Assembly: GCA_046331705.1 (NCBI GenBank)
Contig: JAXLQJ010000047.1
Location: forward strand, 1 to 57,365
Source of the DNA: a bacterium
GTDB lineage: Bacteria; JADJOY01
Length of the DNA: 57,365 nucleotides
Direction of reading: 5' to 3'
The position numbers were made by a program, and so were the translations under genes. Positions 18,518-28,676 of the stretch are shown one piece after another. The number at the start of each line of letters is the position of its first letter. Position 1 is the first letter of the stretch. The notes beneath the pieces were generated by a model. That model saw only the letters and a list, made by a program, of their open reading frames with translations. It was not told the origin of the DNA and ran no database searches.

Positions 18518-20800
18518 ATGAACGACGCGACCCACCGCGACTCGCAGCGCGCGCCGGCACCCGCCGCGGTCCTGCGCTCGCCGGCGCGGATCGTGGCCTT
18601 GGTGCTCAACTGGAACGGCGGGACGATGCTGCGGGCGTGCCTGCGCTCGGCTCTCGCTTCCCGCGGCGTCGACCTCCACCTCGTGATCGTCGACAACGGC
18701 TCCGTCGACGGTTCGGCGGAAGATGCGGCCCGCGAGCTCGCGGGCGTGGAGGTGTTCGCGCTCGGCAGCAACATCGGCTACGCGCGCGGCATGAATCGGG
18801 GCATCACCCACGCCCTCGAGCGCGGAGCCGATTACGTCCTGTTCCTCAACAACGACGCAACCGTCGAGCCCGATTGCATCTTGAATCTCGCCCACGCGCT
18901 CGACTCCGATCCGACGGTGGGCCTCGCGGGCCCCAAGGTTCTCTTCGACACCGACGCCACCCGGATCCAGTACGCGGGCGGGCGACTGTCGCGGTGGACC
19001 GGGCGATCGCAGTCGATCGGCCTGGACCAGCGTGACGGGCCGCGTTTCGACCAAGCCCGCGACGTCGACTTCGTCTCCGGCTGCTGTCTGCTGGTTCGGG
19101 CCACGGCGCTGCGACGCGCCGGGCTGCTCGACGAACGCTTCCATCACGGCTACGAGGACGTCGAGTGGAACGTGCGCGTGTCGCGCTCCGGCTACCGCAT
19201 CCGCTTCGTGCCGAACGCGCGGGCGCACCACGGCCACGCCCGCTCGTCGGGCGGCTACGATTCGCCCTTCTACGTCTACTACCAGGTGCGCAATCGTTTC
19301 CTGCTGGTGCGGCGCATCACCAGCCCGGCGCAGCGCTGGCTGTGGCTGCCATTCCAGGCCGCCCACATCGCGCGCCGCGGGCTCGACCTGGTGCGAACCG
19401 GCCACTGGGCCTCGTTGCCTGCGTTCGTGCGCGGGATCCTCGACGGCCTCGCGGGACGGGAGGGTCCGGGACAGGGCTACGCCGCCCCGGCGACGCGCCC
19501 CAGCCCCTCACGGCCCGAGCCCTCCGGGCCGCAGGATCGCCCGATCCTGGTGGTGAACCCGGTCGGCGTGGAGGCCGGCGGCGTGCAGCGGATCCTCCTC
19601 GAGCTCTTCCGCGGACTGCACGGCAAGGACGGCTATCGTTTCATCGTCGCGGTGCCCTCGATCGGCCCGTACGAGCGACGCTACCAAGAGCTGGGAGTGC
19701 GTGTCGAAGCGATGCCGATCTCGATCCTGCGACGCTCGCTCAACCCGCTCACGATCCTGCGCATGCTCGTGCTGACTCCGCTCAACGTGCGGGCGCTGCG
19801 GCGGCTGATCCGGCGCGAGGGCGTGGTGCTCGTGCACACCCAGAAGATGAACACGCTGGTCGGAGATCTGGCGGCGCGCGCCGAGGGCGTGCACTCCGTG
19901 CACTCGATCCACGAGGTCCCGCTCTGGCCCGAGCCCCTCTACCGCGCGATGGCCGCTCCCATCCCGCGCCTCGCCGATCGCGTCGTCCTCACCTGCGAGC
20001 CGAGTCGCGGGCTGCTCTCGGCGGCGCAGCGCGACAGCCGTCACGTGCGGCTCATCTACAACGGTATCGCGCTCGAGGCGCCGCCCCGCGATCGAGCGGA
20101 GCTCAGGGCCGGGCTCGGCGTCGCGGAGGACGCGTTCTTCGTGACCTCCGGCGGCCGGCTCGCGCCCAGCAAGGGCTTCGAGTTCTTCCTGGAGGCCGCG
20201 CGGCAGATGGCGCCGCTCGAGCCGCGCGCGCGCTTCCGGCTGATCGGCGACATCATCGCCGAAGAGGACGCGCCGTATCGCGACAAGATCCGCGCCCAGG
20301 CGCAGGGACTCGGGCTCGACGCTCGGCTGGTTCTCGAGGGCTTTCGCGACGACTACCGCACCGTGATCGGCGTGAGCGACGTCTTCGTGCTCCCCTCGCT
20401 CTACGACACCCTGCCCTCGATCGTGATCGAGGCCATGGGAATGGGCGTTCCCGTGGTCGCGACCCGGGTCGGAGGCGTGCCGGAGCAGGTCGAGGACGGC
20501 GTGACCGGGATCCTGGTGCCTCCCGGCGACGCGGCGGCGCTGCGAGAGGCGATCACCCGCTTGGCGCGCGACCCCGGGCTGCGAGCGCGAATGGGCGTCG
20601 CCGCTCGCCTGCGTGCGCTGGACGTGTTCGGAATCGACAGTTACGTCTCACGAACTCGCGCCTTGTATGAAGAGTTGCTAGGCTCGATGGGCTGTGAAGA
20701 GCTGGCAACCGCTGCCGTCGCAGAGCCAGGAACCGGGGTCGGAGGGCTGGCACGATTGGCCACGCACGCGACCCGCGCACCGGAGGGGATGAACGCCTGA
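18518..20800 (+). CDS. Bifunctional GT2 + GT4 glycosyltransferase fusion
   Basis: N-half has VLNWN, VDNGSVD, FLNND, SGCC and EDVEW (GT2). C-half has GRLAPSKG and [18 protein letters not shown] (GT4). Pro-rich linker between them. Confidence 0.88.
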   Translation: MNDATHRDSQRAPAPAAVLRSPARIVALVLNWNGGTMLRACLRSALASRGVDLHLVIVDNGSVDGSAEDAARELAGVEVFALGSNIGYARGMNRGITHALERGADYVLFLNNDATVEPDCILNLAHALDSDPTVGLAGPKVLFDTDATRIQYAGGRLSRWTGRSQSIGLDQRDGPRFDQARDVDFVSGCCLLVRATALRRAGLLDERFHHGYEDVEWNVRVSRSGYRIRFVPNARAHHGHARSSGGYDSPFYVYYQVRNRFLLVRRITSPAQRWLWLPFQAAHIARRGLDLVRTGHWASLPAFVRGILDGLAGREGPGQGYAAPATRPSPSRPEPSGPQDRPILVVNPVGVEAGGVQRILLELFRGLHGKDGYRFIVAVPSIGPYERRYQELGVRVEAMPISILRRSLNPLTILRMLVLTPLNVRALRRLIRREGVVLVHTQKMNTLVGDLAARAEGVHSVHSIHEVPLWPEPLYRAMAAPIPRLADRVVLTCEPSRGLLSAAQRDSRHVRLIYNGIALEAPPRDRAELRAGLGVAEDAFFVTSGGRLAPSKGFEFFLEAARQMAPLEPRARFRLIGDIIAEEDAPYRDKIRAQAQGLGLDARLVLEGFRDDYRTVIGVSDVFVLPSLYDTLPSIVIEAMGMGVPVVATRVGGVPEQVEDGVTGILVPPGDAAALREAITRLARDPGLRARMGVAARLRALDVFGIDSYVSRTRALYEELLGSMGCEELATAAVAEPGTGVGGLARLATHATRAPEGMNA

Positions 20801-20858
20801 CCGGACCGCCGCGACGAGCTGCAGCGCTTCTCCCGAGAGGCGCCCAAACGAGGTTCCG

Positions 20859-23504
20859 TTGAAAATTCTGTTCGTATACGACGAGATCCGCCTCGATATC
20901 CCCGGATTCACCGGCTACTACCAGGAAGGTCTCGCGAGCCTGTCGGCCTGTGCCCGTGCCGCGGGACACTCGACCGAGCTGCTGCACCTCACCCGCCCGC
21001 TCACCGAGGAAGAGTTCACCGAGGAGCTGGGGCGTCGTCGCTTCGACGTCATCGGCTTCAGCTCGTTGACGCCCACGTTCCCGGACGTGCGCCGGCTGGT
21101 GCCGATCGCCCGCAATCGCTTCCCGTCCACGCCCATCCTGTACGGGGGTGTCCATCCGACGCTCGACCCCGAGAGCTCGATCCAGGTCACCGGCGTGGAC
21201 GGCGTGTGCGTCGGCGAAGGCGAGGAAGCGCTAGTCGAGGTGCTCGACCGCATGCAGAGCGACCGCGACTGGTCGGACGTGCGGAACTTCTGGGTGCGCC
21301 GCGGCGATCAGATCATCCGGAATCCGACGCGACCGCTGGTCACCGACCTGGACAGCCTGCCGCTTCCCGACATCGAGCTCTTCGATTTCCCGGGGCTCTT
21401 CTCGACCCGTGAACAGATGGCCATGCTGACTGCGAGCCGTGGCTGCCCGTACAAGTGCACGTATTGCTCCAACCACGCGCAACAACAGCAATATCCGAAC
21501 AAGGGCGACTACGTCCGCTTCAAGAGCGTCGACCGCACGATCGCCGAGGCTCATCAGCGCATTCATGCCCGCCCGGACGTGGAGATCCGGTACCTGGATT
21601 TCTCCGACGACATCCTGCCGCTCCGGCGCTCGTGGTTCTCGGAATTCGCCGAGCGATTCCCGAAGGAGGTCGGAGCACCGTTCCAGTGCAACGTGCTGCT
21701 GAGCCTCCTCAACGACCAGTCGGTCCGGGAGCTGAAGCAAGCCGGGTGCGGGCTGCTGGTGTTCGGCCTCGAATCCGGCAGCGAGCGCATGCGCGATCTG
21801 ATGAAGCGCCCGCCGGTTACCAACCGGCAGATCGTCCACTTGGCTGGGCTGCTTCACCAGCACGACCTGCACATCGGCACCTACAACATGGTCGGTCTGC
21901 CCACCGAAACCACCGAGGAGATGCTCGAGACCATCAAGCTCAACGCCACGATTCATCCCAACAAGATGAACGTGTTCTTCTTCCAGCCCTACCCGAACAC
22001 CGACATCCACAAGATGTCCGTGGAGATGGGCCTCTACCATCCGAGCCGAGACCTGTTCAACAACTGGCGCACCGGCCCGGTGCTGGAAGAGAACGCGATC
22101 TCGCACGAGCAGATCATCTTCCTGCACCGCTTCTTCAAGCTGCTGGTACGCGCCTACCGCATGGGGCGCCGCGCGTCGCGGCGGTTCGACCCTGCGTTCG
22201 ACCACTTCCTGGAATCGGTGTTCTTCCGCCACCCGCAGCGGATGGCGCTCTGCACGCGCGCGTGGGACCGCATCCACGCCACGGCCAAGTTCCTCTACGT
22301 CAAGGCCGTGCTGCCCTTCTGGAGCCGACGCAAGCGCGAGCTCTCGGACCACCTGAACGGCAGCGCGTCCGAAGCGCCCGGGTGGAGGCGCTTCGCGCGC
22401 CGCGCGCATCGCTTCGCGACGCTCGTCGGCCGGCACGGCCCGCAGTTCCTGCGGTACGCCACTCCCCGCAAGGTCGCCAACCTGGCGCTGGCGCAATGGC
22501 AGATGCTGACGCGAACCACGCGGGTGCGCGGCTATCCCTTCGAGATGATCGTCGACCCCAACAACTACTGCAATCTGCGGTGCCCGCTCTGCCCGACCGG
22601 TCAGCATCTCAACGAGCGCAGCTACGGAGAGATGCCGTTCGCGAAGTACGAGCGGCTGCTCGACGAGGTCGCGCCCTACCTCTTCAAGGTGCGCTTCTAC
22701 AACTGGGGCGAGCCGCTGCTCCACAAGTCGATCCACGACATGATCGCCGCCGCGCATCGCCGGCGCGTCTCGACCGAGGTCTCGAGCAACCTCAGCCACG
22801 GGTGGACCGAGGAAGACGCGGATCGCTTGATCGAATCCGGCCTCGACCGGTTGATCGTCTCGCTCGACGGTGCCACTCCCGACACCTATCGCGTCTATCG
22901 GGTGGGTGGCGACTTCGACAAGGTCACGCGCAACGTGCGCATGATCGCGGATCGCAAGAAGGCCCTGGGACGAAAGCTGCCGGAGATCGAGCTTCAGTTC
23001 ATCGTGATGCGTCACAACGAGCACCAGGTGAACGACGTCCCCGAGCTGGCGCGGCGCCTCGGCGCCGATCACCATCGACTGGTGCCGGTCGTCCTCAACA
23101 ACGCGGACGCGAAGCAGCGAGCGCAGTACCTACCGGCGGAAGGCCGCTTCAGCCGGTACGACTACGACGGTGGCTTCACCGACAAGATCTTCGCGTCGCA
23201 GCCGGTCTGCCCGTGGCCCTGGCGAAGCGCCGTGGTGAATTGGGATGGCTCCGTCTCGTCGTGCTGCATCTTCGAGGGCCACAAGACCGAGATGGGCAAC
23301 GCGTTCGAGGCCGGCGGGTTCAAGCAAGTCTGGACCAACGGAAGCTATTCCGCGGCGCGAGCGGCGCTCACCGGAAGGCCGCCGCAGAGCACCGGCGATG
23401 CGGCAGCCGACGGAGCTGGCCAGCGCCACCAAGGACACGAGCTCTGCGCCAAGTGCATGGGCATGCCACAGGCCCTGACGGAAGCGCAGCGCGGCCTCTA
23501 CTGA
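20859..23504 (+). CDS. Fusion of B12-dependent radical SAM domain and a second radical SAM + twitch/SPASM domain
   Basis: TTG start. GGVHPT/GEGE + SRGCPYKCTYC (about 21444), then CNLRCPLC (about 22569), NWGEPLL, VSLDG and CPWPW..WDGSVSSCC..CAKC. Confidence 0.9.
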   Translation: MKILFVYDEIRLDIPGFTGYYQEGLASLSACARAAGHSTELLHLTRPLTEEEFTEELGRRRFDVIGFSSLTPTFPDVRRLVPIARNRFPSTPILYGGVHPTLDPESSIQVTGVDGVCVGEGEEALVEVLDRMQSDRDWSDVRNFWVRRGDQIIRNPTRPLVTDLDSLPLPDIELFDFPGLFSTREQMAMLTASRGCPYKCTYCSNHAQQQQYPNKGDYVRFKSVDRTIAEAHQRIHARPDVEIRYLDFSDDILPLRRSWFSEFAERFPKEVGAPFQCNVLLSLLNDQSVRELKQAGCGLLVFGLESGSERMRDLMKRPPVTNRQIVHLAGLLHQHDLHIGTYNMVGLPTETTEEMLETIKLNATIHPNKMNVFFFQPYPNTDIHKMSVEMGLYHPSRDLFNNWRTGPVLEENAISHEQIIFLHRFFKLLVRAYRMGRRASRRFDPAFDHFLESVFFRHPQRMALCTRAWDRIHATAKFLYVKAVLPFWSRRKRELSDHLNGSASEAPGWRRFARRAHRFATLVGRHGPQFLRYATPRKVANLALAQWQMLTRTTRVRGYPFEMIVDPNNYCNLRCPLCPTGQHLNERSYGEMPFAKYERLLDEVAPYLFKVRFYNWGEPLLHKSIHDMIAAAHRRRVSTEVSSNLSHGWTEEDADRLIESGLDRLIVSLDGATPDTYRVYRVGGDFDKVTRNVRMIADRKKALGRKLPEIELQFIVMRHNEHQVNDVPELARRLGADHHRLVPVVLNNADAKQRAQYLPAEGRFSRYDYDGGFTDKIFASQPVCPWPWRSAVVNWDGSVSSCCIFEGHKTEMGNAFEAGGFKQVWTNGSYSAARAALTGRPPQSTGDAAADGAGQRHQGHELCAKCMGMPQALTEAQRGLY

Positions 23505-23784
23505 CTCTCGCGACGTCTCGCCCCCAGGCGGTCCGTCGCGCTGAGCGCCCTCTGCGGTTGGTGCCGCCCTCGTCCCCGCGCAGGGCCGGAACGGTCCCGT
23601 GCCTGGGATCTCGCGCGCTCGCTACGCGTGCGCAGCCCTAGGCTGCTCGCGCACACCACGGCGCGCTCCGTGGCGCCGCCCGAGGCTGCCCAGCACGCGC
23701 CCCTCACACGGAGCGAGTCGCCGGCGTCTGCGATATCGCCGCGGAATTCGAATCCATTGGCGACGCCTGCCGACGCCTGGCGCA

Positions 23785-23801
23785 CTGGCTCGGCGCTTGC
23801 T
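23785..23801 (+). promoter_or_regulatory. sigma54 (-24/-12) promoter
   Basis: CTGGCTC-GGCGC-TTGCT matches the YTGGCAC-N5-TTGCW consensus with correct GG-N10-GC spacing. Confidence 0.55.
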
Positions 23802-23846
23802 CAGAGGAGCGGTGTCCCGATTCACGGACGAACGGAGAAAGCCGCC

Positions 23847-24077
23847 ATGAAGATCACGTTCGAAGACTTCGCCAAGGCGCTCGGGAACGCGCGCCTCGAC
23901 TTCTACCGCTTTTACGCCCCGAGCTGGGCAGAATCTGCCTCACTCGATCGACTGCGAAGCGAGCTCGCCCAGCCGGTGAAGAACAGCCGACGGGACTCGC
24001 GAGCCGCCGCGGCGCGCCCGGGCCGTGGGCGTCACGTTGCTACGCTCGTCGCGCGCCCGCTTGCCCGAGCCGCATGA
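23847..24077 (+). CDS. Small hypothetical protein (76 aa)
   Basis: GGAGA RBS then ATG. MKITFEDFAKALGNARLDFYRFYAP reads like real coding sequence and lies downstream of the sigma54 motif. Confidence 0.5.
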   Translation: MKITFEDFAKALGNARLDFYRFYAPSWAESASLDRLRSELAQPVKNSRRDSRAAAARPGRGRHVATLVARPLARAA

Positions 24078-24158
24078 CGTCGCTCGACCGTCGGATCGCC
24101 GTCCGCCGGGGCGTTCGCCATCTCCGCCTTCCGACGCCGGCGAAACGCCTGCGATCGG

Positions 24159-25421
24159 TCAGCGGTGCACGAGCAGCAGACTCACCTGCGGCACGTAGGT
24201 CACGACCAGCAGTGACAGGATCAGCAGGAACCAGAATGGCAGCGTCGCCGAGTAGAGCTGGGTGAGTGGCTTGTTGAATCGGCTCGACGAGAGGAACAGG
24301 TTCAAGCCCATCGGCGGGGTCATGTAGCCGATCTCGAGGTTGAGCAGGAACAACGCCCCGAGGTGGATCGGATCGATGCCGTACTGCTTCGCGACCGGCA
24401 CGATGATCGGGACCACGATGAAGATGGCGGAGAAGATCTCCACCATGTTCACGACGAGCAGAAACGCGTTCAGGATGATCAGGAACTGAATCTTCGAGCT
24501 CGCGTACTGATGAAGCCAGTCGAACAGTCGTGACGGGATCTCGGCGTCGATGACGTAGTTCATGAGCCCGAGCGCCGTGCCGAGGACGACCAGGATCGAC
24601 CCGACCAGCGTCATGCTGCGGATCACGACTCCCACCAGGGCCGCGGGCTTGATGTCGCGATAGATCAGCACTTCCACGACCAACACGTACATCGCCATCA
24701 CGGCCGAGGCTTCTCCGGCCGTGAACCAACCCCCGTAGATGCCGCCGATCACCAGGAACGGCAGCGGTACCTCCCAGATCGCCTCGCGCGTGGCCGTCGC
24801 GAGACTCTTCGTGGAGAACGGAATTCGCGGCACGCCGGCACGCCAGCCGACGATCAGCGTGTAGATGCCGAGCAAGACCATCAGCAGCAACCCGGGCAGC
24901 GCACACGCGGCGAACAGCTTGTCGATCTCCACCTTCCCCACGATCCCGTACAGGATGATGGGCAGGCTCGGCGGAAAGAGGAGCCCGAGGCTCCCCGTCG
25001 TGGTGAGCAACCCGAGCGTGAACTTCTCGGGATAGCCCTGGTCGCGCAGCATGGGATAGAGCAGCCCGCCCAGCGCGATGATCGTCACGCCCGAGGCTCC
25101 CGTGAATGCGGTGAACAACGCGCACGTGACGAGCCCCACCACGGCCATCGATCCCGGCAGCCAACCGAAGATCGCCTGCGCGAGGTTGACCAGGCGCCGC
25201 GGCGCCCCCGACTCCGCGAGCAGATACCCGGCGAACGTGAAGAGCGGCACCGCGATCAACGACGGCATCGTCGTGAGGCGCTGCATCTCCACGATCACGG
25301 CGCTGAGCGGCAGGTCGGCCGCGTGGAAGAGAAAGAGCGCCAAGAAACCGAGCAGCGCGTACACCGGCGCGCCGAGCGCCGAGAGCACGAGTATCAAGAC
25401 CGTGATCAACAGTGCCGTCAT
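24159..25421 (-). CDS. dctM: TRAP transporter large permease (DctM)
   Basis: LIAVPLFTFAG, GSLGLLFPPS, GGIYGGWFTAGEA and NLEIGYMTPPMGLNLF. Confidence 0.93.
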   Translation of the reverse strand: MTALLITVLILVLSALGAPVYALLGFLALFLFHAADLPLSAVIVEMQRLTTMPSLIAVPLFTFAGYLLAESGAPRRLVNLAQAIFGWLPGSMAVVGLVTCALFTAFTGASGVTIIALGGLLYPMLRDQGYPEKFTLGLLTTTGSLGLLFPPSLPIILYGIVGKVEIDKLFAACALPGLLLMVLLGIYTLIVGWRAGVPRIPFSTKSLATATREAIWEVPLPFLVIGGIYGGWFTAGEASAVMAMYVLVVEVLIYRDIKPAALVGVVIRSMTLVGSILVVLGTALGLMNYVIDAEIPSRLFDWLHQYASSKIQFLIILNAFLLVVNMVEIFSAIFIVVPIIVPVAKQYGIDPIHLGALFLLNLEIGYMTPPMGLNLFLSSSRFNKPLTQLYSATLPFWFLLILSLLVVTYVPQVSLLLVHR

Positions 25422-25511
25422 CGTCCCGTCCCGTCCCGTCTCGTGTCCCGTCGCTGCCCCGCGCTACGCCCAGCCAACCGGCGGCGCTGCCGCCGCCGGA
25501 CCACGATCGCG

Positions 25512-26078
25512 CTACACCGGCTCGCCGCGCTCGTGCGAGCTCTGCGGCATCCACGGCTCGCAGATCTTGATCAGATAATGCACCGTCAGCAGGAAGAACC
25601 CGCCCGGCAGGATCACCTCGAAGGTCCAGGCCGGCATCTTGAACGTGCCGATCGAGAACAGCGCGGAGCCATCCGCGAATTCCTCGCGCCAGAATTCGAG
25701 CGCCGCCCACGCCAGCACCGCGCTCACCGCCGCGGTGAACGCGTGGCACACACCAGCCACCACGTGTCGCACGCGCCCGTGAAGCAAGCGTTGCGCGACG
25801 TCCATCGCGAACTGACGATCACTCGACGCGGCCAGCATGGCGCCCAGCAGCCCGATCCACAGCACCAAGAACTTGAGCAGGCTCTCGGCCCACAAGATCC
25901 CGCCGTTGAAGCCGACGAACCGCAGCACGGCCTGCAACCATCCGAGATGGGACGACGAGAAGACGTTGCGAAGCACGACCTGCAGGAAGGCCATGCCGAC
26001 CATGAACACCAGGATGCCGACCGTGAGCACTCGCTCGGCGCTGGTGAGCCAGTCTTCCAAGGTGCGGAGGACACGCAT
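25512..26078 (-). CDS. dctQ: TRAP transporter small permease (DctQ)
   Basis: QVVLRN, WAESLLKFLVLWIGLLGA and four TM segments. Confidence 0.88.
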   Translation of the reverse strand: MRVLRTLEDWLTSAERVLTVGILVFMVGMAFLQVVLRNVFSSSHLGWLQAVLRFVGFNGGILWAESLLKFLVLWIGLLGAMLAASSDRQFAMDVAQRLLHGRVRHVVAGVCHAFTAAVSAVLAWAALEFWREEFADGSALFSIGTFKMPAWTFEVILPGGFFLLTVHYLIKICEPWMPQSSHERGEPV

Positions 26079-26090
26079 CGCTAGCCTCCC

Positions 26091-26975
26091 TCAGAAGAGC
26101 GAATCGGCGTCGGAGAGCAGGCGCTTCGCCTTCTGCTTCGCGACGCGCGTTGCCAGAGATTGACCGGCGAGCACGTCATCCGGTGCCGCGATCACCTCAC
26201 CCAAGAGCGACTCGAAGAGCTCGCGGTCCTGGGTCTGAACGGCGTAGTACTGCGCGTAGAACACCTTCGTGAGCAAGAACTTGCCCGAGGTGAGCTCGAC
26301 GGCGCGGTCGAAGTTCTCCTTCGATCGCTTGGGATCGCCACCGAGCGCCTTCGGCCGCCCCGCGTGGTAGATGCCCATGAAGAGCCGCGGACCGGCGAAG
26401 TAGAACGTCTCGTCCAGCTCCACGGCCCGCGCCATCGCCGACTCGACCTTGGGCAAGGCCACCAACGCCTTGGCCGAGCCCTTCGCACTGTTGATCGCGC
26501 CCGCCCAGCAGTTGCCCAGCCAGAACAGCGGGGCGATCTCGTCGCGCTTCACCTTCCCGACCGCTGCGGTGAACGATGCGAGGTCGCCGTCGTCGGCAGC
26601 CTTCGCGAAGCCCGAGTGCTCACCATCGAGGGCCCGCAGGGCGTGCGCCCGCCCCTGTTCGAAGAGCACGCGCGCGCGATCCTTGTCCTCGTCCATCACG
26701 AAGATGAGCGCGTAGCTGCAATACGCTTGCGCCGTGAGGACCGCCATCTCCTCGTTGTCCGGATCGATCGAGGCCAATCCGTCGAGCAGCAGCAGGTTGG
26801 AGGGGACTCCGTCCTTGACCAGCTCGGGGTCGCGCTGATCGTTCACCCGCGTCAACAGATCGTTCATCGTCGGCGCCATCGCGCGCACGGCGAGCTGCTG
26901 CGTCGAGCAACCACATGCCCACACCAACAAGCTCGCGCTCACGAGCCAGCATCCGTTCCATCGCCTCATCGTCAC
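26091..26975 (-). CDS. tatT: TRAP-associated TatT (TPAT T component) lipoprotein
   Basis: Lipobox-like ACGC, D..LVKDGVPSNLLLLDGL, LFWLG..WAG, ELDETFY, GGDPKRSKENF and YAVQTQDRELF. Confidence 0.85.
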   Translation of the reverse strand: MTMRRWNGCWLVSASLLVWACGCSTQQLAVRAMAPTMNDLLTRVNDQRDPELVKDGVPSNLLLLDGLASIDPDNEEMAVLTAQAYCSYALIFVMDEDKDRARVLFEQGRAHALRALDGEHSGFAKAADDGDLASFTAAVGKVKRDEIAPLFWLGNCWAGAINSAKGSAKALVALPKVESAMARAVELDETFYFAGPRLFMGIYHAGRPKALGGDPKRSKENFDRAVELTSGKFLLTKVFYAQYYAVQTQDRELFESLLGEVIAAPDDVLAGQSLATRVAKQKAKRLLSDADSLF

Positions 26976-27154
26976 TCGCTCCTCCGTCGTGCGCTCCGAC
27001 TGCGCGCGCCGCGGCGCACGACGTCGTGTGAATCATCGTGCTCGCAGGCCGAAACGAATCCTTGTACACATGCGCCTGGCGGCACGTCAACGATTTCCAC
27101 GCGCCCGGGCGCGCGGATCGCGCCGCGCGTGGCTGCCGTCCGGCGCGCGGCGCT

Positions 27155-28324
27155 TCAGGCGGGTCGGTGCACGCGCGGAATCGAGAACGCGAAGGTGGTT
27201 CCGCGTCCCTCCTCGCTCGCCAGCTCGAGCGATCCTCCGTGCAGCTCGACGAGCGTGCGGGCGATGGTCAGCCCGAGCCCAGCGCCGCGCCGTTTCACGC
27301 CCACTGGGGGCTTGCCCTGGGCGAAGCGCTCGAAGATGCGCTCGCGATCTTGCACGGGAATGCCGACGCCATCGTCGCGGACGGCAAACCGCACGGCGTC
27401 ACCCGACGAGGCAACCGAAACCCGCACCTCGCCTCCCCGCGGCGTGAACTTGAGCGCGTTGTCGACCAGATTCATCAACACCTGATGCAGCTTGTCCGCG
27501 TCGGCCCACAGCGGCTCCATCGGCGCGGCCTCGAGGTCGGCGGACAGCCGGATCTCGCGCTCCCTCGCCATGGGCTGGTAGTAGCTCACCACCATTCCGA
27601 CCAGCTGCAGTGGATCGAGGCACTCGGGCGTGAGCTCGGTCCTCCCCGACTCGATCCGCGCGAGATCGAGGACGTTGTCCACCATCCGGGAGAGCCGGTC
27701 GATGTTGAGCTGGCACGAGCGCAACAGCTGGACCTGCTCCTCCGTGAGCGGACCGACCATGCGCTCGAGCATCACGGCGAGATTCGTGTGCATGACCGTG
27801 AGCGGGCTGCGCAGCTCGTGACTCACCCGCGACACGAACTCGCTCTTGAGCTGATCGAGCTCGCGCAGTCGCTCCGTCGCCGTGCGCAGCTCGCGCGTCC
27901 GCTCCTCCACCAGGCGCTCCAGGTCGCGCTGGTGAACGCGGTGGTCGAGCACGAGCCGCCGGCGCTCGAGCGCGCGGCGCAACACCGCGAGCACCTCGGG
28001 ATCGGCCACCGGCTTCACGAGAAAGCCGTCGGCGCCCTTGCTCATGCACGTCACCGCGGTGTTGAGATCGCGCTGCCCGGTGAGCATCACCGCGGCGATG
28101 TCGGGATCGACGGCCTTGAGCCATGCGAGCAGCGTGACGCCGTCGGGTCCCGGCAACAGCACGTCCAAGATCGCCGCCGCCGGAGAGTCGGCGCGCGCGC
28201 GAGCCAGAGCCGTTGCCGCGTCCTCGGCTTCCACGGTGCGAAAGCCCTGTTGCGAGAGCAGCGACACCAGCTCACGCCGCTGCCCGGCATCGTCGTCCAC
28301 GACCAGGATCGTGTCGGTACCCAT
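27155..28324 (-). CDS. Hybrid receiver - histidine kinase (cytoplasmic)
   Basis: ILVVDDD receiver with LDVLLPGPDG and KP, H-box SHELRSPL, NLVDNALKF, DDGVGI and GAGLGL. Confidence 0.92.
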   Translation of the reverse strand: MGTDTILVVDDDAGQRRELVSLLSQQGFRTVEAEDAATALARARADSPAAAILDVLLPGPDGVTLLAWLKAVDPDIAAVMLTGQRDLNTAVTCMSKGADGFLVKPVADPEVLAVLRRALERRRLVLDHRVHQRDLERLVEERTRELRTATERLRELDQLKSEFVSRVSHELRSPLTVMHTNLAVMLERMVGPLTEEQVQLLRSCQLNIDRLSRMVDNVLDLARIESGRTELTPECLDPLQLVGMVVSYYQPMAREREIRLSADLEAAPMEPLWADADKLHQVLMNLVDNALKFTPRGGEVRVSVASSGDAVRFAVRDDGVGIPVQDRERIFERFAQGKPPVGVKRRGAGLGLTIARTLVELHGGSLELASEEGRGTTFAFSIPRVHRPA

Positions 28325-28396
28325 CGAGCGGCGATGCTACCACCGTGAAATCCCTGATCCCATCACGTGGGATCTGACGGCGACGCATGCCGATCC

Positions 28397-28426
28397 TTGA
28401 CAGCTTACGGGGCGCTGCGTCATAGT
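28397..28426 (+). promoter_or_regulatory. sigma70 promoter of infA
   Basis: TTGACA (28397-28402), 18 nt spacer, CATAGT (28421-28426). Confidence 0.5.
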
Positions 28427-28454
28427 CCCACGGCTGGCCTCGGATCGCGACCCC

Positions 28455-28676
28455 ATGGCAAAAACCGACCTCATTGACGCCGAAGGCACCATCGTCGAAT
28501 CGCTTCCCAACGCGATGTTCACGGTGGCGCTGGACAACGGCCACCGCGTGCTTGCGCACGTCTCTGGCAAGATGCGCAAGTACTACATCAAGATTCTCCC
28601 GGGCGACCGGGTCAAGATCCAGATCACGCCTTACGACCTGACGCGCGGTCGAATCGTCTATCGCGAACGCGGTTGA
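28455..28676 (+). CDS. infA: Translation initiation factor IF-1
   Basis: [31 protein letters not shown]...[12 protein letters not shown]. Confidence 0.98.
   Translation: MAKTDLIDAEGTIVESLPNAMFTVALDNGHRVLAHVSGKMRKYYIKILPGDRVKIQITPYDLTRGRIVYRERG

Noticed and set aside
24026-24041. Second GG-N10-GC sigma54-like motif (TGGGCG-TCACG-TTGCT)
   Set aside because: Poor -24 match; it would only drive a dubious ORF antisense to the dctM end.
25422-25453. Short (GTCCC)n tandem repeat before dctM
   Set aside because: Only 3-4 units and not in a coding frame; insufficient evidence for phase variation.
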